A stretch of DNA of 64,000 nucleotides from Longimicrobiales bacterium (lineage in GTDB: Bacteria > Gemmatimonadota > Gemmatimonadetes > Longimicrobiales > Gaopeijiaceae), in the NCBI GenBank assembly GCA_965238005.1, contig OZ250165.1, positions 3,104,001 through 3,168,000 on the forward strand, written 5' to 3'. Shown in pieces: positions 1 through 9,647 of the stretch (its first letter is position 1; every line of letters begins with the position of its first letter). Position numbers and translations under genes: made by a program. Below the pieces are notes generated by a model. That model searched no databases. It was not told the DNA's origin and saw nothing but the letters and a program-made list of their open reading frames with translations.

Positions 1-41
1 CATGCCGGGCGGCATCTCACGTGCTCGCGGTCTCTCCGGCG

Positions 42-902
42 ATGACCAAGGTCGATCAGTTCGAGAGTGTCTTCCGGGCCGCGGCCCGCACTGTCTTCAC
101 GCCGGAGGATATAGAGGTGGGCTCGGTTCTGGTCGTGTGCGATCGCGACGCCCCCCAGGCGGACGACTTCGGGGCCAAGGCGCGAGCCTTCCTCGAAGTT
201 CTCGACCGGACCGAGAACATCCGGTGGCGCGTCGTTCATGGAAATGAGTTCAAGACCGTTCCCGATCTGCTGGAGCTGGTGGAGGGCGAGCACCCAGGCC
301 TCATCTGCACGTACCGGCATCTGCACTCCGAGAGCTGGCGCTGGCCCTACACGCTGGGTGAGTACGTGGACGTGCTGACGCAGGCGACGACGACGCCCGT
401 AGTCGTGCTGCCCCACCCCGAGCGACCCGAGTTTCAGGCGCTGGCCAGGCGACGCACGGAGTCGGTCATGGCCATGACCGACCACCTGACGGGTGACGAC
501 CGGCTGGTCAACCACGCAGCCCACTATGCGCGCGAAGGTGGCACCCTGTACCTCAGCCACGTAGAGGACGACGCGGCATTCGAGCGCTACATGGAGGCCA
601 TATCGAAGATCGCCTCCATCGACACGGACGCGGCGCGAAAGGACATCGAGGCCCGTCTGATGAAGGACCCGAAGGACTACATCGAGTCGTGCCGGGTTGG
701 TCTCTCGAAGAGCACCCCCTCCCTCACCGTCGAATCGGTGGTCACGTCCGGACACCACATCCAGGAATACCGCCGGCTCATCGAAGAGCACGACGTCGAC
801 CTCCTGGTCATGAACACGAAGGACGAGGATCAGCTCGCCATGCACGGGCTGGCGTATCCGCTAGCCGTCGAGCTCAGGGCCATCCCCCTCCTGATGCTGT
901 GA
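42..902 (+). CDS. Universal-stress-protein-like (tandem USP fold) protein
   Basis: ORF with USP-like C-terminus (EHDVDLLVMNT...IPLLML); ATG at 42 preferred; its stop overlaps the ATG of the downstream transporter. Confidence 0.6.
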   Translation: MTKVDQFESVFRAAARTVFTPEDIEVGSVLVVCDRDAPQADDFGAKARAFLEVLDRTENIRWRVVHGNEFKTVPDLLELVEGEHPGLICTYRHLHSESWRWPYTLGEYVDVLTQATTTPVVVLPHPERPEFQALARRRTESVMAMTDHLTGDDRLVNHAAHYAREGGTLYLSHVEDDAAFERYMEAISKIASIDTDAARKDIEARLMKDPKDYIESCRVGLSKSTPSLTVESVVTSGHHIQEYRRLIEEHDVDLLVMNTKDEDQLAMHGLAYPLAVELRAIPLLML

Positions 903-2314
903 TGATCACCCCTCTCCAGGAAGCCGCCCAAGGGCCCGCCCCCGAGGTGTCGCTCACCGTCACGCTCCTCTTCGGCGCCCTCCTGACCGGCATGATCGTG
1001 TGCCTCGCCTTCGAAGAGAAGCTCCACGCGATGAAGTCGCTCATCGTGGGGTTGTTCGCCGTGGTGACCCTGCTCCTCGGCGCCGTGCTCCTACCGCTTC
1101 CGTACGGGCCGTACCTCATCGGCGGGCACGAGGTGAACATGCCCGTCTATATCCCGGCCATCGACTGGGGGGTCATCACGATCATCCTGGGAGCCAGCCT
1201 CTTCGTCGACGTGACGTCACGCTCGGGACTGTTCACCTGGATCGCTATCAAGCTCACCAAGGCGTCCCGCGGAGACCCGCTCAAGCTCCTTTGGTACTAC
1301 GGCCTCATGACCGTGGCGTTTTCGGCGGTCCTGAACAACGTCACCGCCATGATCATCGTGGGATCCCTCTCAGCCGTGTCGTTGGCCAAACTCGAGCGCC
1401 CCGACAAGCTGCTGGGCTTTCTGCTGATTGAAGGACTGCTCACCAACGTCGGAGGGCTGCTGACGCTGATCAGCTCGGTTCCCAACATCATCGTGGGAAC
1501 GGCAGCCGGCATCAGCTTCATGGCCTTCTTCTTCAAGGCCGCACCGTTCGTGGCCGTCGTGACCGTCGCCACGCTCCTGCTCGGCGCTGGGCTGTTCGGG
1601 ATCCGTGGGCTCGCCACCCCCGAGGAGATCGAAGAAGCGGCCCAGCTCGTGGCCGGCTTCGACGAGACGGACGGGATCGAGAGCCAGGGGTTCTTTTGGT
1701 TCGGTGCGGCCATGCTCCTCCTCTTCATCGTGGCCATCGCCACGGCGTCTGTCACCCCGTATGTGGGCGACCTGGGGATGGGGTTCGTCGCTCTGGCCTT
1801 CGCCGCGATCATGCTGATCCGCTACAAGCACGAGGTGGACGAGTTCTACCGCACCATCGACTGGGACCTGCTCGCCTTCTTCGCCGCCCTGTTCGTCGTC
1901 ATCTCCGTCATGGAGCACGCCCAGGTCCTGGCCCTCATCGGCCGCGGGGTCGAAGACCTTATCGCGTTGGGTCCCAGGGCCGGCACGTCGGCCGTGCTGT
2001 TGGCATCTGCGGCCTTCAGCTCGGTCACGGACAACATCCCGTTGGCGGCCATGCTGGCGAAGATCATCGGGGAAATTCCCATGCCGGGCGGGGGCGTTCG
2101 TCCGCCTGGCGATCCCCTGTGGTGGGCGGTGATCTTCGGCTCCAATCTGGGCGGCAACATCACGCCGATCGGGTCGGCATCGACCCTCGTGGCGGTCACC
2201 GTCATGCACAAGCACAAGGTGCCGCTCTCCTTCGTCGCCTTCGTAAAGAAGGCCCTTCCCTTCGCCCTCCTGCACCTGGCCCTGGCCGTCGCCTACGTCC
2301 TCCTGGTGAGTTAG
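902..2314 (+). CDS. ArsB/NhaD (SLC13/IT superfamily) ion or anion permease
   Basis: Many hydrophobic helices; motifs SAVLNNVT, SSVTDNIP, GSNLGGNITPIGS; TGATG coupling to the upstream gene. Confidence 0.85.
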   Translation: MITPLQEAAQGPAPEVSLTVTLLFGALLTGMIVCLAFEEKLHAMKSLIVGLFAVVTLLLGAVLLPLPYGPYLIGGHEVNMPVYIPAIDWGVITIILGASLFVDVTSRSGLFTWIAIKLTKASRGDPLKLLWYYGLMTVAFSAVLNNVTAMIIVGSLSAVSLAKLERPDKLLGFLLIEGLLTNVGGLLTLISSVPNIIVGTAAGISFMAFFFKAAPFVAVVTVATLLLGAGLFGIRGLATPEEIEEAAQLVAGFDETDGIESQGFFWFGAAMLLLFIVAIATASVTPYVGDLGMGFVALAFAAIMLIRYKHEVDEFYRTIDWDLLAFFAALFVVISVMEHAQVLALIGRGVEDLIALGPRAGTSAVLLASAAFSSVTDNIPLAAMLAKIIGEIPMPGGGVRPPGDPLWWAVIFGSNLGGNITPIGSASTLVAVTVMHKHKVPLSFVAFVKKALPFALLHLALAVAYVLLVS

Positions 2315-2503
2315 CAGGGGCCCCCTCACCGAGGCATTCTGCGATTCCCGGCGGCGCAAGGTCCTTTCATCTCTTCATACGCGTGATGTAAGTTTTATCT
2401 ATGGAAATCCGCACATAGAAAAGCCGCACGCTGGTAGTCCACGCGTGCTTCCTCTCAGTTTGACGAAAGGCATCCGGCCCTAAGCATCTCGCGGTCGCAG
2501 TCA

Positions 2504-2989
2504 CGCAGACGAGTCCGTCGTCGCCGTGGACGAAAGGAGTTCTACCAGGGCTTCACCCTGCTCGAGCTCCTCATCGTCACGGTGATCGTCGGTACGCTCG
2601 CGTCGATGACCGCGCCTACCTTCCAGCGGGCCCGGGAGCGTGCCATGAACGTGCGCGCCATCGCCGACATCCGGGTCATGGAGTTCGACCTCGCCAACTA
2701 CATCGAGGACAACTTCGCCTCGCCCGCGAGCCTGGCCGACATCGACCGGGCAGGCATGGTGGACCCGTGGGGCAACCCGTACGTCTACATGGCCCTCGAC
2801 ACGGGAAAGAGGGGAGGCTCGTCCGGAGGTCGCAAGGACAAGTTCCTGGTACCGCTCAACAGCGACTACGACCTGTACAGCATGGGGTTGGACGGGGAGA
2901 GCAAGACGCCACTCTCGGCGAAGGCCAGCCAGGACGACATACTCCGGGCACTGGACGGTGCCTTCGTGGGCCTGGCCGCGGACTTCTAG
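2504..2989 (+). CDS. Type IV prepilin / GspG-like pseudopilin (start codon unresolved)
   Basis: The frame upstream of the 2582 GTG reads RRVRRRRGRKEFYQG|FTLLELLIVTVIVGTLASM (class III signal peptide with E5); DPWGNPYVY and YDLYSMGLDG are T2SSG-like motifs. Confidence 0.85.
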   Translation, partial: RRRVRRRRGRKEFYQGFTLLELLIVTVIVGTLASMTAPTFQRARERAMNVRAIADIRVMEFDLANYIEDNFASPASLADIDRAGMVDPWGNPYVYMALDTGKRGGSSGGRKDKFLVPLNSDYDLYSMGLDGESKTPLSAKASQDDILRALDGAFVGLAADF

Positions 2990-3016
2990 CTTGAACATCG
3001 TACCTCGGCCTGACGC

Positions 3017-4750
3017 ATGATCTTCGATGTCGAGCACTTCAGAACCAAGCTGGGCCGGAAGATCGTAGGACTCTTCTTCCTTTGCGCCTTGATCCCCACC
3101 GCTACGCTGGCCGCGCTCTCGTACGCCAGGGTCCGGGCCGAGCTCGTGAGCCAGAGCCGCGAACGCCTGGACCAGGGAACCACCGACGCCGCCATGGGCG
3201 TCATCGAGCGGGTGCAGGCCATCGAGAGCGAGATGATCTTCCTGGCGGCGTCCACGTACCCCCTATCCTCGGCCGTGAGGGCTGGGATCGAGACACCGTT
3301 GCGGCGGGAGGACCTGCGGCGGCTCAGTGACATGAGCCTGGTTCCGGAGATCGACGCCGAGCCCGTGCCCATGGTGGGCTCCCTTAGCGAAGTCCCCGAG
3401 CTGAGCGCCGTGGCTCGCGCCAACGTCACCCTGGGGCAGACGGCACTCACCGTGGTCCCCCGCGACGGCGAGGGTGAGCTCCAGATCCTCATGGTGAAGG
3501 CATGGGACGCCGACAACATCGAGGACGGCGTCCTGTGGGGACGGGTCATCGGCGACAGCCTCTGGTCCACCGCCCAGGTCTATGCCATGAGCATCGCCAC
3601 GACCGAGGTCGACTTCCAGGACGACAAGGGCTACTGCATCCTCGACCCCCTGATGCGGCCTCTCGACTGTGCCGGGGGTCTCGCTTCGTGGATGACCGCC
3701 GGTCCCCCGGAGGGCATGCTGATCCCCGAAGACACCGTCCATGGAGCCACTTCGTGGATCAACGGGGGCAGGAGATACACGGGCCACTACCGGAGAATCT
3801 ATCTCAGGAACTACAACTCCGATAACTGGACCATCGTGGTGGGAGAGAGTGAAGAGACCATGCTCGCCACCCTGGGCGACTTCCGCAGGACCCTGATCGG
3901 CTTCCTGGTGGCGACCCTGGCCTTCGTCCTGCTTGTGGCCGCCCACCGGATCCGTCAGAGCATGGAGCCCCTGGCCAAGCTGCGAGAGGGGACGCGCCGC
4001 CTCGCGGCGAAGGACTTCAGCACGCGGGTCCACATCTCGAGCGGGGACGAGTTCGAGGAGCTCGCCGGATCGTTCAACGACATGGCGCGACAGGTCGGGG
4101 CCCTCTTCGACGAGCTCGAGGACCTGAGCTGGAGCACCATCACCACGTTGGCCCGCACCATCGACGCAAAATCCCACTGGACGGCGGGTCACTCCGAGCG
4201 CGTATCCCAGATGGCCATCCTGATCGCCCGTGCCATGGGTCTGCCGGACGAGGAGCTGGAGCGCTTGCACCGGGGCGGCCTGCTCCACGACATCGGCAAG
4301 ATCGGCGTCCCCGTGCACATCCTCGACATGGACGGGGCGTTGGACGATGAGGAGATGCAGATCATGAAGGACCACGTCACCATCGGTGCGCGAATCCTGG
4401 AGCCCCTCAACGCCCTGGCCGACGTGCTCCCCATCGTTCTTTATCATCACGAGCGATTCGACGGGCTGGGATATCCGGAAGGGCTGAGCGGCACAGACAT
4501 CCCCTTGCTGGCGCGCATCCTGTGCGTCGCCGACACCTTCGATGCCCTGCAGTCCGACCGTCCCTACCGTCCCGGCAGAAACGCCGAAGAGAGCCTCGAG
4601 GTGATCGTCGAGTGCTCCGGAACACAGTTCGATCCGGAAGCCGTGGAGGCTTTCGTCGAGGTCATGAGCTCGGGCGACGTTGCCCTCCGTGTCCTGCAGG
4701 CGGTGGGGGTTAGCAGGGCCGGGCTCGCCGCCGGGCTCGGGAGCGATTGA
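3017..4750 (+). CDS. Membrane-bound HAMP + HD-GYP c-di-GMP phosphodiesterase
   Basis: TM, extracytoplasmic domain, TM, HAMP (PLAKLREGTRRLA..DEFEELAGSFNDM); LLHDIGK and HHERFDGLGYP motifs. Confidence 0.92.
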   Translation: MIFDVEHFRTKLGRKIVGLFFLCALIPTATLAALSYARVRAELVSQSRERLDQGTTDAAMGVIERVQAIESEMIFLAASTYPLSSAVRAGIETPLRREDLRRLSDMSLVPEIDAEPVPMVGSLSEVPELSAVARANVTLGQTALTVVPRDGEGELQILMVKAWDADNIEDGVLWGRVIGDSLWSTAQVYAMSIATTEVDFQDDKGYCILDPLMRPLDCAGGLASWMTAGPPEGMLIPEDTVHGATSWINGGRRYTGHYRRIYLRNYNSDNWTIVVGESEETMLATLGDFRRTLIGFLVATLAFVLLVAAHRIRQSMEPLAKLREGTRRLAAKDFSTRVHISSGDEFEELAGSFNDMARQVGALFDELEDLSWSTITTLARTIDAKSHWTAGHSERVSQMAILIARAMGLPDEELERLHRGGLLHDIGKIGVPVHILDMDGALDDEEMQIMKDHVTIGARILEPLNALADVLPIVLYHHERFDGLGYPEGLSGTDIPLLARILCVADTFDALQSDRPYRPGRNAEESLEVIVECSGTQFDPEAVEAFVEVMSSGDVALRVLQAVGVSRAGLAAGLGSD

Positions 4751-4752
4751 CC

Positions 4753-5166
4753 ATGCTCGCCCCACGGAGGAGCCTGGGCGTCGCGCTCACCGTCGTCTGC
4801 GTCCCGCTCGCTTTCTCTGGGTGTGACACCGAGACGTCCAGGACGTCGCCTGACGAGATCACGGGTCTGTGGAGGACCACCCACCCGGATTACGCCGATC
4901 GGGCGTTCGAGATCACGCCCGGGCGGTTGTACCTGCTCCAGAGTGGCAACACCATTTCCGCGCACGACATCGAGAGGGTTCGGTTGCGTCACGACGACCT
5001 GCCGTTCTACTCCATCGAATACATGGGTGACGAAGACGAGCTCTTCACTTTCCGTTTCTACCTCAGTCAGGCGCAGGGCGGGACCATCTACTTCCCGAAC
5101 CAGAGGGAGTTGATGTGGAATCGTGCCCACAAGGCGGACGCGCGCGCTAGTACGGATGCCTCGTGA
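4753..5166 (+). CDS. Hypothetical lipoprotein, paralog A
   Basis: Lipobox AFSGC; strongly similar to the next ORF. Confidence 0.7.
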   Translation: MLAPRRSLGVALTVVCVPLAFSGCDTETSRTSPDEITGLWRTTHPDYADRAFEITPGRLYLLQSGNTISAHDIERVRLRHDDLPFYSIEYMGDEDELFTFRFYLSQAQGGTIYFPNQRELMWNRAHKADARASTDAS

Positions 5167-5170
5167 CGAC

Positions 5171-5590
5171 ATGATCCTACTCGCCCTTCGGAGATCCTTG
5201 GCCACCTTGTGCGTCCCGATCCTCGTGGCAGCGTGTGGGCCCGAAATCATCGAGACTCCTCCCGACGACGTGACGGGCCGATGGACCACCGACTCGCCGG
5301 CGTACGCGGACCGGGCGTTCGAGATCACGAAAGATTATCTCTATCTCCTCCAGGGCGGCGACACCTTCTCCATGCATCGCATTCAGGAGGTGCAGATCAT
5401 CGAAGACGACCTGCCCTTCTACTCCATCGAGTACCGGGGAGACGAGAACGAGATCTACTCGTTCCGCTTCTACCTTACCCAGGAGGAAGGCGGCACGCTC
5501 TTCTTCCCGTACCAGAGCCACATGAGGTGGCGCCGGAGCCCCGACGCGGACGTCCCCTGGGCTCTGGCCCTCGAGGCGCCTCGGCCGTAA
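5171..5590 (+). CDS. Hypothetical lipoprotein, paralog B
   Basis: Lipobox VAAC; shares YADRAFEIT, LYLLQ, DDLPFYSIEY, FRFYL and GGT..FP with paralog A; start approximate. Confidence 0.7.
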   Translation: MILLALRRSLATLCVPILVAACGPEIIETPPDDVTGRWTTDSPAYADRAFEITKDYLYLLQGGDTFSMHRIQEVQIIEDDLPFYSIEYRGDENEIYSFRFYLTQEEGGTLFFPYQSHMRWRRSPDADVPWALALEAPRP

Positions 5591-5602
5591 CGACCGCGCT
5601 AT

Positions 5603-5950
5603 CTACCGCACCTGGCTTCTGGTCCGGGTCCTCCGCAGCCTCACGTCTCCGCTGACCGTATTGAGCGATAGGCGCCGGCCGCCGTCACCGATGGTGCCCC
5701 GGACGTGGGAGCCCACCCAGCGGTTCCTTCGACTCTCGAGATCCACATCGAAGTCGGCGTGGAAGTCCCCTGAGAGGGACTCGAAGTCGATGTCGGCGTC
5801 GAGGTCCTCCGGAAAGAGCAGGGTGATATCACCGCTCACGGTGGTGGCCGTCACCTCGGACTCCAGATCCCTGGCCTCCACGTAACCGGACACCATGCTA
5901 CCCACGAACTCGACCCCCGCCGGCACACGCACCTCGAAGTCGACGGACAC
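5603..5950 (-). pseudogene. DUF4097 (adhesin-like beta-repeat) protein remnant
   Basis: TVSGDI/SLSGDF repeats and C-terminal GTIGDGGRRLSLNTVSGDVRL; N-terminus missing. Confidence 0.6.
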
Positions 5951-6105
5951 ACTGATGCCGGAAGCGCGTCCCTGGTTGGAAGCGTGACCCCCGTCGCTCG
6001 ATGCCGGTCCTTTGGCCGCGACCGGATCGCCCTCCTGCTTGCGGGCGCGCCTACCCGCTCACAGCTTCACGGCTGACATGTCGGACAGCTTGCGAGGTCA
6101 CACCC

Positions 6106-6528
6106 TTGAGCACTCCCCCTCCCATCCGCCGCGTTCTCGAGACGGCGCTCTACGTCGACGATCTGGCGCGTGCCGGAGCTTTCTATCGCGACGTGCTTGG
6201 GCTACGCTCCCTCACGTCGGGGGAGCGTCTCAACGCCCTCGATGCCGGCGGAGGAACAGTCTTGCTCCTCTTCCTGCGCGGTTCCACCGCGTCCGGCGTC
6301 GGCGCGTCCGGCGAGTGGATACCGCCACACGACGCCAGCGGACATGCCCACTTCGCGTTCGCGGTGGACACTGAGCAGCTCCCTCCCTGGCGTGAGCACC
6401 TCGTGTCTCGGGGGATCGAGATCGAGAGCGAGATCGAATGGGCTCGCGGGGGCCGAAGCCTCTACTTCCGCGATCCCGATGATCACCTCGTCGAGTTGGC
6501 CAGCCCCGGCGTCTGGGAGGTCTATTGA
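6106..6528 (+). CDS. VOC/glyoxalase family protein
   Basis: VLETALYVDDL...HFAF...RSLYFRDPDDHLVEL; TTG start after GAGGT. Confidence 0.88.
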   Translation: MSTPPPIRRVLETALYVDDLARAGAFYRDVLGLRSLTSGERLNALDAGGGTVLLLFLRGSTASGVGASGEWIPPHDASGHAHFAFAVDTEQLPPWREHLVSRGIEIESEIEWARGGRSLYFRDPDDHLVELASPGVWEVY

Positions 6529-6857
6529 ATTGGAGAAAGTCAGGCGGGCAGGACCCCATGTCGGCCCCCCGCTACATGGAGATCGCCACCTTAATGCGGG
6601 CACCCTTGACCGACGACCCGTCCGAGTTCGACATCGACAGCCTGGATCCGGCCTTCGCACCGGGTACGGGGACCCCGGAGGTGGGCGGCCTCACGACGGT
6701 GGAGAGCCTGTCCCTGCTCCGGAAGTTGCGGGGGGTACGATTGATCGGGGTCGACGTGGTGGAGGTGGCACCGGCCTATGACCCCAGCGGGACCACCGCT
6801 CTCGTCGGAGCAACCATGATGTACGAGCTCCTCTGCCTGCTGGCCGAGAGCCGCTAG
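6525..6857 (+). pseudogene. speB: Agmatinase/ureohydrolase with large in-frame internal deletion
   Basis: N-terminal PRY..IAT.MRAP joined directly to C-terminal FDIDSLDPAFAPGTGTPEVGG...DVVEVAPAYD; central metal-binding region absent. Confidence 0.8.
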
Positions 6858-6874
6858 TGTTCCGCGATCGTCGG

Positions 6875-8077
6875 CTACACGAGAACCTTGGGCAGCACCG
6901 GGTTCAGGTGCATCAAGATGTCGTAGACTGATCGGTCGGTGGCCGCGGCTAGGGCATTGGGACGGATCGCCGGATCGTCGGGTCCCAGCAGCGTCGCCAC
7001 GTCGCCGATGGATACGGTGGGCTCGTCGCCGAGCTCGACGATGGTGTGGCTGGCACTCACTGCACCGATGGCCGGATAGAGGGCGCCGTTGATGAGGACC
7101 CGCGCACCGTTCACCGCCTTGCGCGGATATCCGTCTGTGTGGCCCACGGGCAGCGTGGCGATCCAGGTGGCCCGCTCCGCGGTGTACTCGCGTCCGTAGC
7201 TAACGCTGTCACCCATCCGGAGCCGCTCTACCCGCACCACCCGCGCGCGCAGTCGCACGGCAGGGTGTAGCTCGGCGATGGCGCGCTCGCTCTCTTCGTC
7301 GCTGGGGTATGCCCCAAAGATGGCGATGCCCGGGCGCACCAGATCGAGATGTGCCTCTGGGAGGTGGTACACTCCGTTGGACGAGGCCGCGTGCAGCGCA
7401 CCCAGCTGGAATCCGCGCTCCTTGGCAGCGCCGGTGACCTCGATGAAGCGTCGGAGCTGCTCTCGATCGAACTCCGGTTCCTCGGTGAACCCCATGAAGG
7501 TGCTCTGGATATCGAGCCCTAGGGGCGCCACCTCATCGAGCCACGGGATGGCTCGATGGTACGGGATGCCCATGCGGCTCATCCCGGTATCGAGATACAC
7601 GTGGACGCGAGCCGAATGGCCCGCCTGCCGCGCGGCTCTGGCCACCCGCTCCCCTGAGTCGTCGGTCCCCAGGATGAGGTCGATGTTCCGAGCCACGAGC
7701 TCCGGGCCGTCAGCGTCCGAGAACAGACCCATGAGCAGGACCGGCTTCCGGATCCCGGCGTCGCGCAGCGTTATGGCGGCATCCGTCTTGACCACCGCGA
7801 ACCCCATGATCTCCGGCAGCTCCTCGAGCACTGCTGCGACCGTGGCCAGCCCGAGGCCGTAGGCATTGTTCTTGATCACGGCCATGATGGGGCGCCCCCC
7901 GGACAGTCGGGCGACCACGCTCACGTTGTACCGGAGGGCCGCTGGATCGATCTCCAGCCAAGGATCGAACCGCTCCGTGGGGTCGGGCACCTGGGCGGTC
8001 GTGGAAGAGAGTGAGAGCGGCCGCGCGAGGGCCGCGGTGGCTGCGCCGGCCACGAAGGTGCGACGAGACACATTCAT
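6875..8077 (-). CDS. alr: Alanine racemase family protein with Tat signal
   Basis: AVIKNNAYG (PLP lysine), DTGMSRMG, LVRPGI, SYG; N-terminal SRRTFV twin-arginine leader. Confidence 0.88.
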   Translation of the reverse strand: MNVSRRTFVAGAATAALARPLSLSSTTAQVPDPTERFDPWLEIDPAALRYNVSVVARLSGGRPIMAVIKNNAYGLGLATVAAVLEELPEIMGFAVVKTDAAITLRDAGIRKPVLLMGLFSDADGPELVARNIDLILGTDDSGERVARAARQAGHSARVHVYLDTGMSRMGIPYHRAIPWLDEVAPLGLDIQSTFMGFTEEPEFDREQLRRFIEVTGAAKERGFQLGALHAASSNGVYHLPEAHLDLVRPGIAIFGAYPSDEESERAIAELHPAVRLRARVVRVERLRMGDSVSYGREYTAERATWIATLPVGHTDGYPRKAVNGARVLINGALYPAIGAVSASHTIVELGDEPTVSIGDVATLLGPDDPAIRPNALAAATDRSVYDILMHLNPVLPKVLV

Positions 8078-8325
8078 GATTCACCCGCTCCGTTGAGTCA
8101 TCTGGGCATGGACGCAAGGACGTCCGGCCGAGGCAAACGACACCGACAGGGTCGCGCGCGGACCACGGTCCCGCCGGGCGATGGTACCACCTGCGCTGGC
8201 GAGAATCTAGACCGTAACGCAGCCCCGAGCGAATTGGCCCGGGAGGCTCTCCACCGACGAGAGTCTTTGCAACCGAGTTGATGACCGGCCCGGCATCCCG
8301 CAATATGACCTCCTCCGTGGAAACC

Positions 8326-8511
8326 CTAGTGTTCCGTTTCCGAAGTTCGCGAGCCACCAAGAGGGTCGGGGCGCCGTGGGATCAAGGCGGGACGACGCGG
8401 CGTAGCGCAAGCGGGCACCGCGCGAAGCGTGGTCGTAAGGAGTTCCAACGCCGAGCCCACGGATGCACCGTGCCCTCGACTGGCCGAGACACTTTGGTAA
8501 CGGGACACTAG
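8326..8511. mobile_element. Non-autonomous MITE bounded by CTAG with imperfect terminal inverted repeats
   Basis: CTAG-TGTTCCGTTTCCGAAGT...ACTTTGGTAACGGGACA-CTAG (14/17 TIR match); end copies recur at 18335 and 29777. Confidence 0.75.
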
Positions 8512-8591
8512 CATGTCGGGGGCGACCCCACGGGAGGATTTCGGGCAGCGGCCAGGCACGCTCGCGTGGCCCTCCCGAGCGTAGAGGGCGT

Positions 8592-9647
8592 ATGGCAGAA
8601 GCTCACATCGTCGGCTCCATACTCGGCACGGCCATCGGAGACTCCATCGGGTTACCGTACGAGGGTCTGTCTCGTCGCCGGGCCGAGAGGCTCCTGGGTC
8701 CGCCCGATCGGCATCGCTTTTTTTTGGGGCGTGGAATGGTCTCCGACGACACGGAGCACACGTGCATAGTGGCCCAGTCCCTCATCGGCTCCGGTGGGAA
8801 CCCCGACGCCTTCGAGCGACAGCTGGCCTGGGGATTCCGTCTCTGGGTCCTGGGTCTGCCTGCAGGGATCGGGTTCGCCACGCTGCGCTCCGTCCTCAAG
8901 CTCTGGCTCGGCGACAGCCCCGGGAGGAGCGGAGTCCACTCCGCCGGGAACGGTCCGGCGATGCGGGCTGCGATTATCGGGGCTGCCGTTTCGGATGGTG
9001 AGAAGCTGAGTCGCCTGGTCCGCTCGTCGACGCGGATCACCCACACGGATCCCAGGGCCGAGTCCGGTGCGCTGGCCGTTGCACTGGCAGCTCAGATGGC
9101 CTGCCAAAGTGAAGTCGTTGCTGGAGAAGCGTTCCTGGATCGCTTCAGCGCCCATACCGATGGACCGGACGGCGAGCTGGCGGGCCTCATCGCGGACGTC
9201 GTCCGGGCCGCAGACGATGGCCGGAGCACCGCCGAGTTCGCCGCATCCCTGGGGCTCTCAAAGGGCGTTTCAGGTTTCGTCTGTCATACCGTACCGGTGG
9301 CACTCCACGCCTGGCTGACGAATCAGCGTGACTTTCGATCTGCCGTGCGCGCGGTGATCCAATGTGGTGGTGATGCCGATTCGACGGGTGCCATCGTCGG
9401 GGGCATCGTGGGAGCCTCCGTGGGCAGAGAGGGAATTCCGGAGGAGTGGCTGGAGCGGCTGATCGAGTGGCCACGCTCCACGGCGTGGATGGAGAGGCTC
9501 GCTGCACAGCTCGACTCCACGATGCGTTCCGGCGTCGCGACCCGACCCATCAGGCTGCCGGTCTACGGCGTCGTCCCTCGGAACCTCTTCTTCCTCATCG
9601 TAGTGCTGCTGCACGGGGCGCGGAGGGCGTTCCCGCCCTATGGATAG
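8592..9647 (+). CDS. ADP-ribosylglycohydrolase (DraG/ARH family)
   Basis: GTAIGDSIG, SDDTE, AGNGPAMR, ITH, GGDADSTGAIVG motifs. Confidence 0.9.
   Translation: MAEAHIVGSILGTAIGDSIGLPYEGLSRRRAERLLGPPDRHRFFLGRGMVSDDTEHTCIVAQSLIGSGGNPDAFERQLAWGFRLWVLGLPAGIGFATLRSVLKLWLGDSPGRSGVHSAGNGPAMRAAIIGAAVSDGEKLSRLVRSSTRITHTDPRAESGALAVALAAQMACQSEVVAGEAFLDRFSAHTDGPDGELAGLIADVVRAADDGRSTAEFAASLGLSKGVSGFVCHTVPVALHAWLTNQRDFRSAVRAVIQCGGDADSTGAIVGGIVGASVGREGIPEEWLERLIEWPRSTAWMERLAAQLDSTMRSGVATRPIRLPVYGVVPRNLFFLIVVLLHGARRAFPPYG

Noticed and set aside
2462..2505. GACGAAAGGCATCCGGCCCTAA resembles part of a c-di-GMP-I riboswitch, upstream of an HD-GYP operon
   Set aside because: The preceding GGCAAAC/GNRA hairpin and the closing stem are not evident; it would need an Rfam covariance search
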